Notes under the pieces: generated by a model
Database searches by the model: none
What the model was told of the DNA's origin: nothing
The model's input: the letters and a program-made list of their open reading frames with translations, nothing else
In this document: one piece after another, positions 9,338-17,895 of the stretch
Layout of the letters: every line of letters begins with the position of its first letter
Position numbering within the stretch: position 1 is the first letter of the stretch
From: an uncultured Syntrophaceae bacterium
GTDB taxonomy: Bacteria; Desulfobacterota; BSN033; UBA1163
Length of the DNA stretch: 44,107 nucleotides
NCBI GenBank assembly: GCA_964353925.1
Contig: CAYGWV010000112.1
Coordinates: 1 to 44,107 of the forward strand
Direction of reading: 5' to 3'
Made by a program: the position numbers and the translations under genes

Positions 9338-11290
9338 ATGCGCCGATTGGGAGTCTTTATCTGCCATTGTGGAGTCAATATTGCCGGGAGCGTCGATGTC
9401 AAATCGGTCGCCGAAAAGATAGGTGGGGTCGAAGACGTCGCCCACAGCACCGATTACATTTACATGTGCTCTGAACCAGGACAGCAAATGATTCGCGAGG
9501 CCGTTCGCGAGAAAGGCTTGGGAGGAGTGGTCGTGGCCTGTTGCTCGCCCAACATGCATGAGAATACCTTTCGGAAGGCCGTCAAATCTCAAAGGATGAA
9601 TCCCTATCTCTGTGAGATTGCGAATATTCGAGAACAGTGTAGCTGGGTCCATCAGAAGGAGAAGGGTGAAGCGACCCAAAAGGCAGAAGAGATCATCCAG
9701 GCCACCCTTGAAAAGGTGAGAAGGAACGAGTCGTTGGAGGCCATTGCCGTGGCCATCGACCGAAAGGTATTGGTGGTCGGCGGGGGAATTGCCGGAATCA
9801 CTGCCTCCCTCGATCTCGCTGAAGGAGGTTATGACGTCATTCTTGTGGAGAGGGAAGCTGCCCTGGGGGGACACATGGCCCAATTGTCAAGAACCTTTCC
9901 GGATCTCGATCCTGCTTCCAGTGGTATCCTCTCAAAAGCATCGGAAGTGGAGAAGCATCCAAAGATCCATCTTCACTGTTATTCTGAATTAGAAGAGGCG
10001 AAAGGGTATGTGGGGAATTTCGAGTTGGTGGTCCGTAGAAAAGCCACTTCCGTGGATGGAGGAAAATGCACGGGATGCGGCCTCTGCATAGAGAATTGTC
10101 CTGCAGAATATGTTTCGGAGTTTGAGAGGGGGATGGGACTGCGAAAAGCGATTGATACCCTGTACCTTTCGAGTATCCCCAATAAGCCTGTGATCGATCG
10201 TGGACATTGCCGATATTTTTTAGATGGAAGTTGTCATCGATGTGAAGAGATTTGTCCTGAGAAGGCCATCGATCTCAAACAGGAAGATGAACGGATTGCA
10301 GAGAAGGTGGGAGCCATTGTGGTTGCAACGGGATATGAGCTCTATCCCAAGGAACAATTAGGAGAGTATGGATACGGTGAAATCCCGGACGTGATCGATG
10401 GTCTTGCCTTTGAACGAATGCTTTCGCCCGAGGGTCCCACGAAAGGGAAAATCCTTCGGCCTTCTGATGGAAAGGTGCCGAGGGAGATGGTCTTTATACA
10501 GTGTGTGGCTTCAAGGGATCCAGACCGGTATATGCCTTACTGCTCGAGGGTTTGCTGTATGTACACGGCCAAGCATGCCAAAATTTATAAGGAACAGGTT
10601 CCGGACGGGCAGCCCTATATCTTTTATATGGATATTCGCTCGGACTGTAAAGGCTACGAGGAGTTCCTTCAGAAGACCATTGAGGAGAAAGGGCTTCTCT
10701 ATCTCAGGGGCCGCGTCTCCAAAGTTTTTCAGGACGATGGAAGGGTGAGGGTATTAGGAGTAGACACGCTGACCGGGAAAATGGTTGAAGTCGCAGCCGA
10801 TATGGTCGTCCTGGCCACAGCCATGGTTCCGAGCAAAGGAGTAAAAGATTTGGCTGCCAAACTGAGGGCGACCGTGGATCGACATGGTTTCTTGACAGAG
10901 GCCCATATCAAGCTCTATCCTGTGGAAAGCTCGACCAAAGGGATCTACCTTGCAGGGTGTGGCCAGAGTCCTAAAGATATTTCAGACACTGTGTCTCAGG
11001 CCTCGGCGACGGCCAGTAAAATTCAGGCTTTGCTTTCCGCGGACAAACTTCTTCAAGATCCTTTAATCGCATTTGTCGATGAAGGAATTTGCAGTGGATG
11101 TGGAATCTGTGTAGAAATCTGTCCCTATGAAGCAAGAGAGATGGATTCGCATCGCGGAGTTTCAATGGTTCAGAGCGCACTCTGCCAGGGATGCGGGGCT
11201 TGCATTGCTTCTTGTCCCAACAATGCCTGTGAGTTGAGAAACGGATCCGCAAACCAGGTCCTTCGGGTGGTCGATACGTTTGCTTCATAA
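9338..11290 (+). CDS. hdrA: Full-length HdrA-type flavoprotein (N-terminal Cys domain, FAD domain with inserted ferredoxin, C-terminal 2x[4Fe-4S] domain)
   Basis: GVFICHCGVNIAG...VVACCSPNMHE, VLVVGGGIAGITAS, CTGCGLCIENCP, CHRCEEICP, CSRVCCMYTAKHA, CSGCGICVEICP, CQGCGACIASCP. ATG 9338 follows GAGAGG; the ORF is open from TTG 9326. Confidence 0.9.
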   Translation: MRRLGVFICHCGVNIAGSVDVKSVAEKIGGVEDVAHSTDYIYMCSEPGQQMIREAVREKGLGGVVVACCSPNMHENTFRKAVKSQRMNPYLCEIANIREQCSWVHQKEKGEATQKAEEIIQATLEKVRRNESLEAIAVAIDRKVLVVGGGIAGITASLDLAEGGYDVILVEREAALGGHMAQLSRTFPDLDPASSGILSKASEVEKHPKIHLHCYSELEEAKGYVGNFELVVRRKATSVDGGKCTGCGLCIENCPAEYVSEFERGMGLRKAIDTLYLSSIPNKPVIDRGHCRYFLDGSCHRCEEICPEKAIDLKQEDERIAEKVGAIVVATGYELYPKEQLGEYGYGEIPDVIDGLAFERMLSPEGPTKGKILRPSDGKVPREMVFIQCVASRDPDRYMPYCSRVCCMYTAKHAKIYKEQVPDGQPYIFYMDIRSDCKGYEEFLQKTIEEKGLLYLRGRVSKVFQDDGRVRVLGVDTLTGKMVEVAADMVVLATAMVPSKGVKDLAAKLRATVDRHGFLTEAHIKLYPVESSTKGIYLAGCGQSPKDISDTVSQASATASKIQALLSADKLLQDPLIAFVDEGICSGCGICVEICPYEAREMDSHRGVSMVQSALCQGCGACIASCPNNACELRNGSANQVLRVVDTFAS

Positions 11291-11354
11291 AGCGCTGAGC
11301 GTCTGCTGGCGGTAAGTAGGCTTGGGATCTTTTATAATTAAGGAGGAGATAAAG

Positions 11355-11915
11355 TTGGAAACCGTGACCAGCGTGGGGAAAGTGGATTCCTCTTTCCTAG
11401 AAGAGGCAAAACAGAAGAGCGGGGAGGATCTCAGCCTCTGCTATCAGTGCTTGAAGTGTACAGCAGGGTGCCCGACTGCGCCTTATATGGATATTCGGCC
11501 TAACAGTATTATCCGGATGATCCAGATGGGGATGAAAAAAGAAGTTTTGGGAAGCAGTGCCATCTGGTTTTGCGTTTACTGTCAGACCTGCGGAACTCGC
11601 TGTCCGAATAAGATCCACATTGGAATCCTCATGGATGCCTTAAGGGAGATGGCCATGGAAGAGGGGATTCCGGCAAAAGAGAAGAATATTCATCTCTTCC
11701 ATGAAGCCTTTATTCAAAGCGTCCGAAGAGGGGGAAGGGCTCATGAGGTAACCATGTTGATGGACTATGTGCTCAGGAGCAGGGACTTGATGACAGATTC
11801 ACTTATCCCGGGCATCAGGCTCTTTTTGAAGGGCAAATTCCCCTTACTCCCCAGCTTCATCAAGGGGAGACAGGAGATCAAACGAATTTTTGAAAGGTGT
11901 GAACGAAAAAAATGA
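11355..11915 (+). CDS. hdrC: HdrC-like 2x[4Fe-4S] subunit (copy 2) with a longer C-terminal tail
   Basis: CYQCLKCTAGCP and CVYCQTCGTRCPNKI. The ORF is open from 11322, but AAGGAGGA at 11340-11347 favours TTG 11355 (or GTG 11364). Confidence 0.75.
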   Translation: METVTSVGKVDSSFLEEAKQKSGEDLSLCYQCLKCTAGCPTAPYMDIRPNSIIRMIQMGMKKEVLGSSAIWFCVYCQTCGTRCPNKIHIGILMDALREMAMEEGIPAKEKNIHLFHEAFIQSVRRGGRAHEVTMLMDYVLRSRDLMTDSLIPGIRLFLKGKFPLLPSFIKGRQEIKRIFERCERKK

Positions 11916-11921
11916 GAAGCC

Positions 11922-12033
11922 GGAACACTGGAACGGTGGAATATTGGAATAATGTTTTTTTCTGAAAGAAATTGTCATCCGTCGTTCGATTATTCAGTGT
12001 TTTTTGACACTATTCCATCATTCCAGAATTTCC
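11922..12033. repeat. Family D long hairpin, copy 2
   Basis: ggaacactggaacggtggaatattggaataatg (11922-11954) against cactattccatcattccagaatttcc (12008-12033). Confidence 0.8.
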
Positions 12034-12048
12034 TTTTGGAGGCCAAGA

Positions 12049-12894
12049 ATGAGGTTCTCTTACTTTCCAGGCTGTACAGATCACTCGTCGTCTTTGGAAT
12101 ATGGGTTATCAACCCATGAGGTTTTTAAGACCCTGGGGGTGGAGTTGGTAGAGATCGAGGATTGGAACTGTTGTGGAGCTGCAGCGACCCATAGTCTCAA
12201 TCGTCTCCTTTCTCTCTGTCTTCCAGCCAGGAATATCTCCAAAGCGCAGTCAGCCCAGGCAGGACCTCTGGTCGTTCCCTGTGCCGGGTGTTTTAGCTAT
12301 CTGAAAAGGACCGAGCATGTCCTTAAAAACAATGAGGCGGAGCGAAAAGAGATTGAAGAGATCGTCGGGTTTACCTACCAGCCTTCTCTTGAAATTTTGG
12401 CTTTAATGGATGTCATCCTGAATCGAATTGGCTTGGAGAGAGTTCAAGAAAAGGTGAAGAGGCGTTTAAAAGGATTAAAGGCCGCCTGTTATTATGGATG
12501 TGCATTGGTTCGACATCCGAAAATTACTCAGTTGGATGATCCGGAGAATCCTCAATATCTGGACCGGTTGGTGACGGCCCTGGGCGCCCAGCCGGTGGAG
12601 TGGTCTTATAAAGTGGATTGTTGCGGTGCGGACTTGGCCATGACTTATGGAAAGGTGGTCAATACGATGGTGGGGAGAATTGTGTCCATGGCCAAGGAAG
12701 CAGGGGCTCAATGTATCGTCACCTCTTGCGGCCTCTGCCAGATGAACCTGGAGATGAGGCAGGACCTGGGTCTCCCCGTTTTTTACTTCACTGAATTGAT
12801 GGGAGTGGCCTTTGATGTTGAAAAGAAAGAGAACTGGTGGAAGAAGCATTTGATTTCTCCAAAGCCACTTCTTGAATCAATGGGGCTGGTATAG
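12049..12894 (+). CDS. hdrB: HdrB-like subunit with two CCG domains (copy 2)
   Basis: YFPGCT...DWNCCGAAA, VVPCAGC, YYGCALVRHP, VDCCGA, TSCGLCQMN. GGAGG lies 7 nt before ATG 12049. The upstream part of ORF 12004.. is repeat D2. Confidence 0.85.
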   Translation: MRFSYFPGCTDHSSSLEYGLSTHEVFKTLGVELVEIEDWNCCGAAATHSLNRLLSLCLPARNISKAQSAQAGPLVVPCAGCFSYLKRTEHVLKNNEAERKEIEEIVGFTYQPSLEILALMDVILNRIGLERVQEKVKRRLKGLKAACYYGCALVRHPKITQLDDPENPQYLDRLVTALGAQPVEWSYKVDCCGADLAMTYGKVVNTMVGRIVSMAKEAGAQCIVTSCGLCQMNLEMRQDLGLPVFYFTELMGVAFDVEKKENWWKKHLISPKPLLESMGLV

Positions 12895-12911
12895 AATAAT
12901 TCCCCTTTTTT

Positions 12912-12940
12912 GTAGGGAACGGTTTTAAACCGTTCCCTAC
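12912..12940. repeat. Family G perfect palindrome GTAGGGAACGGTTT-T-AAACCGTTCCCTAC
   Basis: 29-nt palindrome read directly from the sequence. Its core AACGGTTT..AAAC resembles the flank of family A copies 2 and 3. Confidence 0.85.
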
Positions 12941-12967
12941 GGGGCTGGGAGATTTGAGAGGAAAACA

Positions 12968-15900
12968 ATGGGACAAGGCAAAACAAGAGGTGACAAATCA
13001 TCGGCGTTGGTGATTGGTGCAGGCATTGCTGGAATGCAATCTGCACTTCTGTTAGCAGAGATGGGAACAAAGGTTTTTCTCTTAGAGCAGGGACCGGCGA
13101 TTGGAGGTTATTTCCCGTTGCTGGATAAGACCTTTCCCACCAACTCCTGTGGAGTCTGCTTCATGAGCCCCACTCCTCCTGCCTTCTGCCCTATTTATGA
13201 ATGTCATCTTCATGACAATATCGAATTGTTGCCCTATTCAGAAGTGGTGAAGGTGGAGGGGCAAGGGGGAGATTTCAATGTCGCCGTCGTCCGGAAGCCT
13301 CGGTTCGTTGATCCAAAACGCTGCACCCTTTGTGAAGCCTGTATAAAGGCTTGTCCCGTGGAGGTGGAGAGAGAATTTGGGGGTGGTTTGGAGAGACGAA
13401 AGGCGATCTACTTTCCCTATCCTCAGGCCATCCCGCACAGCTTCGTGATTGATCCAAGAACCTGTACCCGATGTGGAGAATGTGTGAAGGTCTGTAGCCC
13501 CGGGGCGATCGATCTCAATATGAAAGAAGAACATGAGACGATCGAGGCTGGAGCCATCCTTTTGGGGTACGGGTTTGAGCCCTTTCTGGCGCAGAGAAAA
13601 GGGGAGTATGGCTTTGGTAGATACGAGAATGTGATGACGAGCATTCAGTTTGAGAGATTGCTCTCCACATCGAGTCCGACACAGGGGCTGCCCATTCGGG
13701 TTTCCGACGGGAAAAGGATGGAGAGGATTGCGTTCATCCAGTGCGTGGGGTCAAGGGATCCCTCCTGCGGTCAGGATCACTGTTCCACCATTTGCTGCAT
13801 GTACGCTACTAAACAGGCCATGATTGCAAAAGACAGGTCCCCCGGTCTTGGAGTAGCCTTCTTCTACATGGATATTCGACCGATGGGGAAGGATTACGAA
13901 CGATATTATGAGAGGGCAAAGACCGAGTACGGGATTGAATATATCCGGAGTGCCATCTCCTCGATCAAAGAACTTCAGCAGACGAAAAATCTTCTGATCA
14001 CCCATGTCAAAGAGGACGGGACCTTTGAAGAGAGGGAGTTCGATGCCGTCGTCCTTTCCTTGGGTTTTACCCCACCGCAGACCATAAAAGATTCAGCCCA
14101 AAAAATGGGTCTCCGATTGAATCAACAAGGGTTTTGCCAGACGGACGAGTTCAATCCTGCTCAAACCTCCGTGAGCGGAATTTTTGTGGGAGGGGCATTT
14201 CGGGGCCCCAGGGATATTCCTGAGACGGTTGTAGAAGGGTCGAGTGCTGCGGCATTGGCTGCATCCTTTCTCGTCCCCAATCGTCTTCCTCAGCCTCTCA
14301 AAGAGTATCCCATGGAAGGGGCTTTGGGTGACGAGATTCCAAAAATAGGGGTCTTCCTCTGCCATTGCGGTGAGGAGTTGAAGAAGAGCCTATTTATTTC
14401 TGACCTCGTCAGCGGGGCAAAGCAGCTGAGGGAGGTGGTCCATGTTGAAGAGTTCGGTTTGGCTTGCCTTCCAGAAGATTTGGATCTCATCAAAAAGAGG
14501 ATTGGGGAACAGGGTCTCAACCGAATCGTCATCGCCGGTTGTTCCCATCGGGAGATTCGAGGAGCTATGGAGGAGATGGCAAAAGGAATGGGTTTCAATC
14601 CCTACCTCATCGAATATGCCAACATAAGGGAACAATGTGCCTTTGTCCATTTAGATTACCCCAAATTGGCCACAGAGAAGGCGATGGCTCTCATCAAGAT
14701 GGCTGTGGAAAAGGCGAAGCGATTTCAACCCATTCGAAAAGGGAAACAGAAGATCGATAAAAAGGGATTGGTGGTAGGCGGAGGCCTCGCCGGCATGACG
14801 GCATCCCTGCAGCTGGCTCGGCAGGGATACGAGATTCATTTGATCGAGAAAGAGAAAGAACTGGGAGGGAACTTAAAGGAATCCTTCTATACGTTGAAGG
14901 GATCAAATCCCCAAGACCTTTTAAATAAACTCATTAAACAGGTGGAAGGCAATGACTCCATCCACCTCTATTCCGAGACAGAGGTTCTTGGATTCGAAAA
15001 GAAAAATGGGCACTATCAAACAAAGATTCGTCATCGGGATGAGGAGAAGATCATTGACCACGGGGCATTAATCCTGGCCACCGGTGGGAAAGAAGTGATT
15101 CCCAAAGAATACCTTTATGGAGAAGACACCCGGGTCATGACCCAAAGACAGTTGGAGAGGATGATCCATTCAAATGATAAAAGTTTAAAGGATATTCATT
15201 CGTTGGTGATGATTCAATGTGTCGGTTCCAGAGATGAAGACCATCCCTATTGCAGTCGCATTTGTTGCGGGCATGCAGTGAAGAATGCTTTGAAGTTAAA
15301 GGAAAAAGATCCAGGGATGAATATCTACGTGCTCTACCGAGATGTGAGGACCTACGGATTTTATGAGACCTATTACCACGAGGCGAGAGAGAAGGGTGTG
15401 ATCTTCATTCGATATGACCTGGAGAATAAACCGAAGGTTGATCTCCAGGAAGGAAGCCTTCAGGTCTCCCTGTTCGATCCTGCGATGAATGGTCCGATCG
15501 TTCTCCCGGCCGATCGTGTCATCCTGAGCGCTGGCATCGAGTCCAGTGACCATCAGGAGTTGGCGAGAATTTTCGATGTGGATTTGAATCCGGATGGTTT
15601 TTTCATGGAGGCCAATCCCAAATCGGCTCCTCTTGATTCGGTGGACCGTGGAAAATTCTTCTGTGGCCTCTGCCATTCCCCTAATTTTATTGAAGATACC
15701 ATCTCCCAGGGAAATGCCGCTGCTGCCAGAGCGGGTGCACTTCTGGCCAAGGAGGCTGTGGAAGAAAAGGCCTATTTGGCCTATGTAATTAAGAGGCTCT
15801 GCTGCGGGTGTGGCCTATGTGTCAGCGTTTGCCCGTATGATGCCAGAGTCTTGAATGAAGAGGAAGGTAAGGCTGAAGTGATTGGTTCGCTCTGTCAGGG

Positions 15901-16000
15901 GTGCGGCTCCTGCGTCATCGCTTGCCGGAATGGAGCCTCCCAGCAGCGTAACTTTGAGAAAGATTTGAATCTGGCTGCCCTGGATGCGGTCATTGATTAG
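12968..16000 (+). CDS. hdrA: 1010-aa tandem fusion of two HdrA-type modules (QmoA-like module, then an N-domain + FAD module + C-terminal ferredoxin domain)
   Basis: Module 1: LVIGAGIAGMQSA, TFPTNSCGVCFMSP, CTLCEACIKACP, CTRCGECVKVCSP, CSTICCMYATK. Linker and N-domain: GVFLCHCGEEL...IAGCSHRE. Module 2: LVVGGGLAGMTAS, CSRICCGHAVK (no inserted ferredoxin domain). C-terminus: CCGCGLCVSVCP, CQGCGSCVIACRNG. Confidence 0.85.
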   Translation: MGQGKTRGDKSSALVIGAGIAGMQSALLLAEMGTKVFLLEQGPAIGGYFPLLDKTFPTNSCGVCFMSPTPPAFCPIYECHLHDNIELLPYSEVVKVEGQGGDFNVAVVRKPRFVDPKRCTLCEACIKACPVEVEREFGGGLERRKAIYFPYPQAIPHSFVIDPRTCTRCGECVKVCSPGAIDLNMKEEHETIEAGAILLGYGFEPFLAQRKGEYGFGRYENVMTSIQFERLLSTSSPTQGLPIRVSDGKRMERIAFIQCVGSRDPSCGQDHCSTICCMYATKQAMIAKDRSPGLGVAFFYMDIRPMGKDYERYYERAKTEYGIEYIRSAISSIKELQQTKNLLITHVKEDGTFEEREFDAVVLSLGFTPPQTIKDSAQKMGLRLNQQGFCQTDEFNPAQTSVSGIFVGGAFRGPRDIPETVVEGSSAAALAASFLVPNRLPQPLKEYPMEGALGDEIPKIGVFLCHCGEELKKSLFISDLVSGAKQLREVVHVEEFGLACLPEDLDLIKKRIGEQGLNRIVIAGCSHREIRGAMEEMAKGMGFNPYLIEYANIREQCAFVHLDYPKLATEKAMALIKMAVEKAKRFQPIRKGKQKIDKKGLVVGGGLAGMTASLQLARQGYEIHLIEKEKELGGNLKESFYTLKGSNPQDLLNKLIKQVEGNDSIHLYSETEVLGFEKKNGHYQTKIRHRDEEKIIDHGALILATGGKEVIPKEYLYGEDTRVMTQRQLERMIHSNDKSLKDIHSLVMIQCVGSRDEDHPYCSRICCGHAVKNALKLKEKDPGMNIYVLYRDVRTYGFYETYYHEAREKGVIFIRYDLENKPKVDLQEGSLQVSLFDPAMNGPIVLPADRVILSAGIESSDHQELARIFDVDLNPDGFFMEANPKSAPLDSVDRGKFFCGLCHSPNFIEDTISQGNAAAARAGALLAKEAVEEKAYLAYVIKRLCCGCGLCVSVCPYDARVLNEEEGKAEVIGSLCQGCGSCVIACRNGASQQRNFEKDLNLAALDAVID

Positions 16001-16005
16001 AGACT

Positions 16006-16108
16006 CGCATAGGGCAGAGCGCATGGGGCATAGCGTAACCCGAAATAATAAAACAATTTTCAAAAATAAGTTCTTATACTCTATGCGCTATGCTCTCTGC
16101 TCCATGCG
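16006..16108. repeat. Family B inverted repeat of CATAGG/GCAGAG-type units, copy 1
   Basis: cgcatagggcagagcgcatggggcatagcg (16006-16035) against ctctatgcgctatgctctctgctccatgcg (16079-16108), with an AT-rich loop. Confidence 0.8.
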
Positions 16109-16132
16109 ATCATTTGAAACAGGAGGTAGGAC

Positions 16133-16555
16133 ATGGCTGAGTTTGAACCGAGGATTGTAGCCTTTTTATGCCACTGGTGCACTTATACGGGAGCGGATCT
16201 CGCCGGGACGACTCGACAACAGTATCCTCCCAATATCCGCGTTATCCATTTGATGTGCTCGGGAGCTGTGGACTCCATCTATGTGCTCAAAGCCCTTATT
16301 GACGGGGCGGATGGCGTGTTGATCGGTGGTTGCCATCCAGGAGACTGTCATTATCAGACAGGAAATTACAAGGCCCGGAGAAGAGTTGCCATTCTAAAAG
16401 GCATCCTTCAACAAATGGGTTATACGGATGATCGAATCTGGCTCAAGTGGATCAGTGCCAGTGAAGGAAAACTCTATGCAGACACGGTGACCAAGATGGT
16501 AGATGAATTAAAGAAGATGGGTCCAAACCCAATGAAACAACTCTGGAACGCCTAA
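16133..16555 (+). CDS. mvhD: MvhD / FlpD-type [2Fe-2S] electron-transfer subunit (methyl-viologen-reducing hydrogenase delta subunit family)
   Basis: IVAFLCHWCTYTGADLAG...IRVIHLMCSGAVD...GADGVLIGGCHPGDCHYQTGN matches the family signature. AGGAGG precedes ATG 16133. Confidence 0.9.
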   Translation: MAEFEPRIVAFLCHWCTYTGADLAGTTRQQYPPNIRVIHLMCSGAVDSIYVLKALIDGADGVLIGGCHPGDCHYQTGNYKARRRVAILKGILQQMGYTDDRIWLKWISASEGKLYADTVTKMVDELKKMGPNPMKQLWNA

Positions 16556-16566
16556 CTCACTTTTTC

Positions 16567-16587
16567 CCTCCCCCTTGATGGGGGAGG
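16567..16587. repeat. Family C hairpin CCTCCCCC-ttgat-GGGGGAGG
   Basis: 8-bp G/C stem with a 5-nt loop. Confidence 0.7.
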
Positions 16588-16632
16588 AGACTTTGAGGGT
16601 GGTTTTATTATACGAAAGGAGAATGACCGGAC

Positions 16633-17781
16633 ATGGCGAAGAAGGCAGCGGTTAAAGTGATCGATGGAAAAACAGATGAGGCGATCATTGGCTTTTTGAA
16701 ATCCCTTTTAAAAGAGGGAATGGTAGATGCGATTCTTATACCCAAACCCCTCCCTTCACAGGATGGTTTCGTACAAACATTAATTCGAGATCCAGAAAAG
16801 TTAAATGGAGTGTGTGTCCTTTCACCCACCATGCCCGTTCAGTCTGCGAGGGTCATCTCCAATCTCAGTGTTAAAAATCTGGGGAAGAAAGTCGCTGCCG
16901 TATTAAAAGCCTGTGAGATACGGGCCGCTGTTGAATTGGCAAAATTTCTCCAGGTCAAACTGGACAACGTATGTTTTATCGGTATCGATTGCCCTGGAAC
17001 CTTTGAGGTAGCCGATTATGCAAAGATGGTACAGGAGGGAAAAGGAGGGGGGGCTTTGGCAAAAGAGTTGCTCAAAGGCATGGAGAAGGGTGAAATCTCC
17101 CCGCCCGCTGGGTATGCTTTCCGGACCGCTTGTCAGATGTGTGAATATCCTGTCCCTCAAGCGGATATCCGTCTTAAGCTTTTTGGCTACCAGGGAGATC
17201 AAGCGATCGGCATTGAGATCGGGGATAAATTGGAAAAGGAGATCGAAGAGAAGGGGATCTTTTCTTTTTTAGAAAGTGAACCGGCTTCGAGGAGCGAGGT
17301 GGTTAATAAAGTCATCGCTGAGAGGACAAAGAAGCGAGATGCCCTTTTCCAGGAATTCAAAGGTATGGCCAAAGATCTTCAAGCCTTTTTAGACCGTTTT
17401 TCCACCTGTATTCGTTGCCACAATTGTATGGTGGCCTGTCCGATTTGTTATTGTAAAGAGTGTGTTTTCAAGACGGCGGTCTTTGAGCACGATGGAGATC
17501 AATTCCTAAGGTGGGCCGATCGAAAGGGTGAAATCCGAATGCCAACCGACACGCTCATCTTCCATCTCATCCGGATGTCCCACATGGTGACTTCTTGCAT
17601 CGGCTGCGGACTTTGTGACAGTGCCTGCCCGAGCCGATTGCCTGTCGCCACACTCTTTCGGAGTGTGGGAGATAAAATTCAGAAGATGCTCAATTATATT
17701 CCGGGAAAAGATGTAAAAGAGGTACCCCCTGTGGCCACCTTCAAAGAAGACGAATTGAAGATTGAATCTGGAGCCCTATAA
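16633..17781 (+). CDS. FrhB/FdhB-like (F420 hydrogenase/dehydrogenase beta-type) domain protein with a C-terminal 2x[4Fe-4S] domain
   Basis: C-terminal CIRCHNCMVACPICYC and CIGCGLCDSACP motifs. The N-terminal 230 aa (GFLKSLLKEGMVDAILIP..., VLKACEIRAAVELAK, FIGIDCPG) resemble the FrhB/FdhB fold by recalled pattern only and need HMM confirmation. Confidence 0.55.
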   Translation: MAKKAAVKVIDGKTDEAIIGFLKSLLKEGMVDAILIPKPLPSQDGFVQTLIRDPEKLNGVCVLSPTMPVQSARVISNLSVKNLGKKVAAVLKACEIRAAVELAKFLQVKLDNVCFIGIDCPGTFEVADYAKMVQEGKGGGALAKELLKGMEKGEISPPAGYAFRTACQMCEYPVPQADIRLKLFGYQGDQAIGIEIGDKLEKEIEEKGIFSFLESEPASRSEVVNKVIAERTKKRDALFQEFKGMAKDLQAFLDRFSTCIRCHNCMVACPICYCKECVFKTAVFEHDGDQFLRWADRKGEIRMPTDTLIFHLIRMSHMVTSCIGCGLCDSACPSRLPVATLFRSVGDKIQKMLNYIPGKDVKEVPPVATFKEDELKIESGAL

Positions 17782-17784
17782 TTA

Positions 17785-17882
17785 ATCCCCCACAAATTTC
17801 CCTCTCCCCTGGCGGGAGAGGGTTGGGGTGAGGGGGATCGGTGGGGAGAAAAATGTAGCGTTCCGGAGAGAGTCGGAACGTT
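17785..17882. repeat. Family C nested hairpin (ATCCCCCAC[CCCTCTCCC-cctggc-GGGAGAGGG]GTGAGGGGGAT) followed by family H copy 2
   Basis: Inner 9-bp stem at 17800-17822, outer arms at 17785-17793 / 17828-17838. This is followed by gtagcgttccggagagagtcggaacgtt at 17855-17882. Confidence 0.8.
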
Positions 17883-17895
17883 AAGGAGAAGATCG

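Noticed and set aside
6323-16555. Selenocysteine (in-frame TGA) recoding in hdrA or mvhD, as occurs in some methanogens and sulfate reducers
   Set aside because: All Hdr/MvhD reading frames are continuous without internal stops, and the relevant positions encode Cys.
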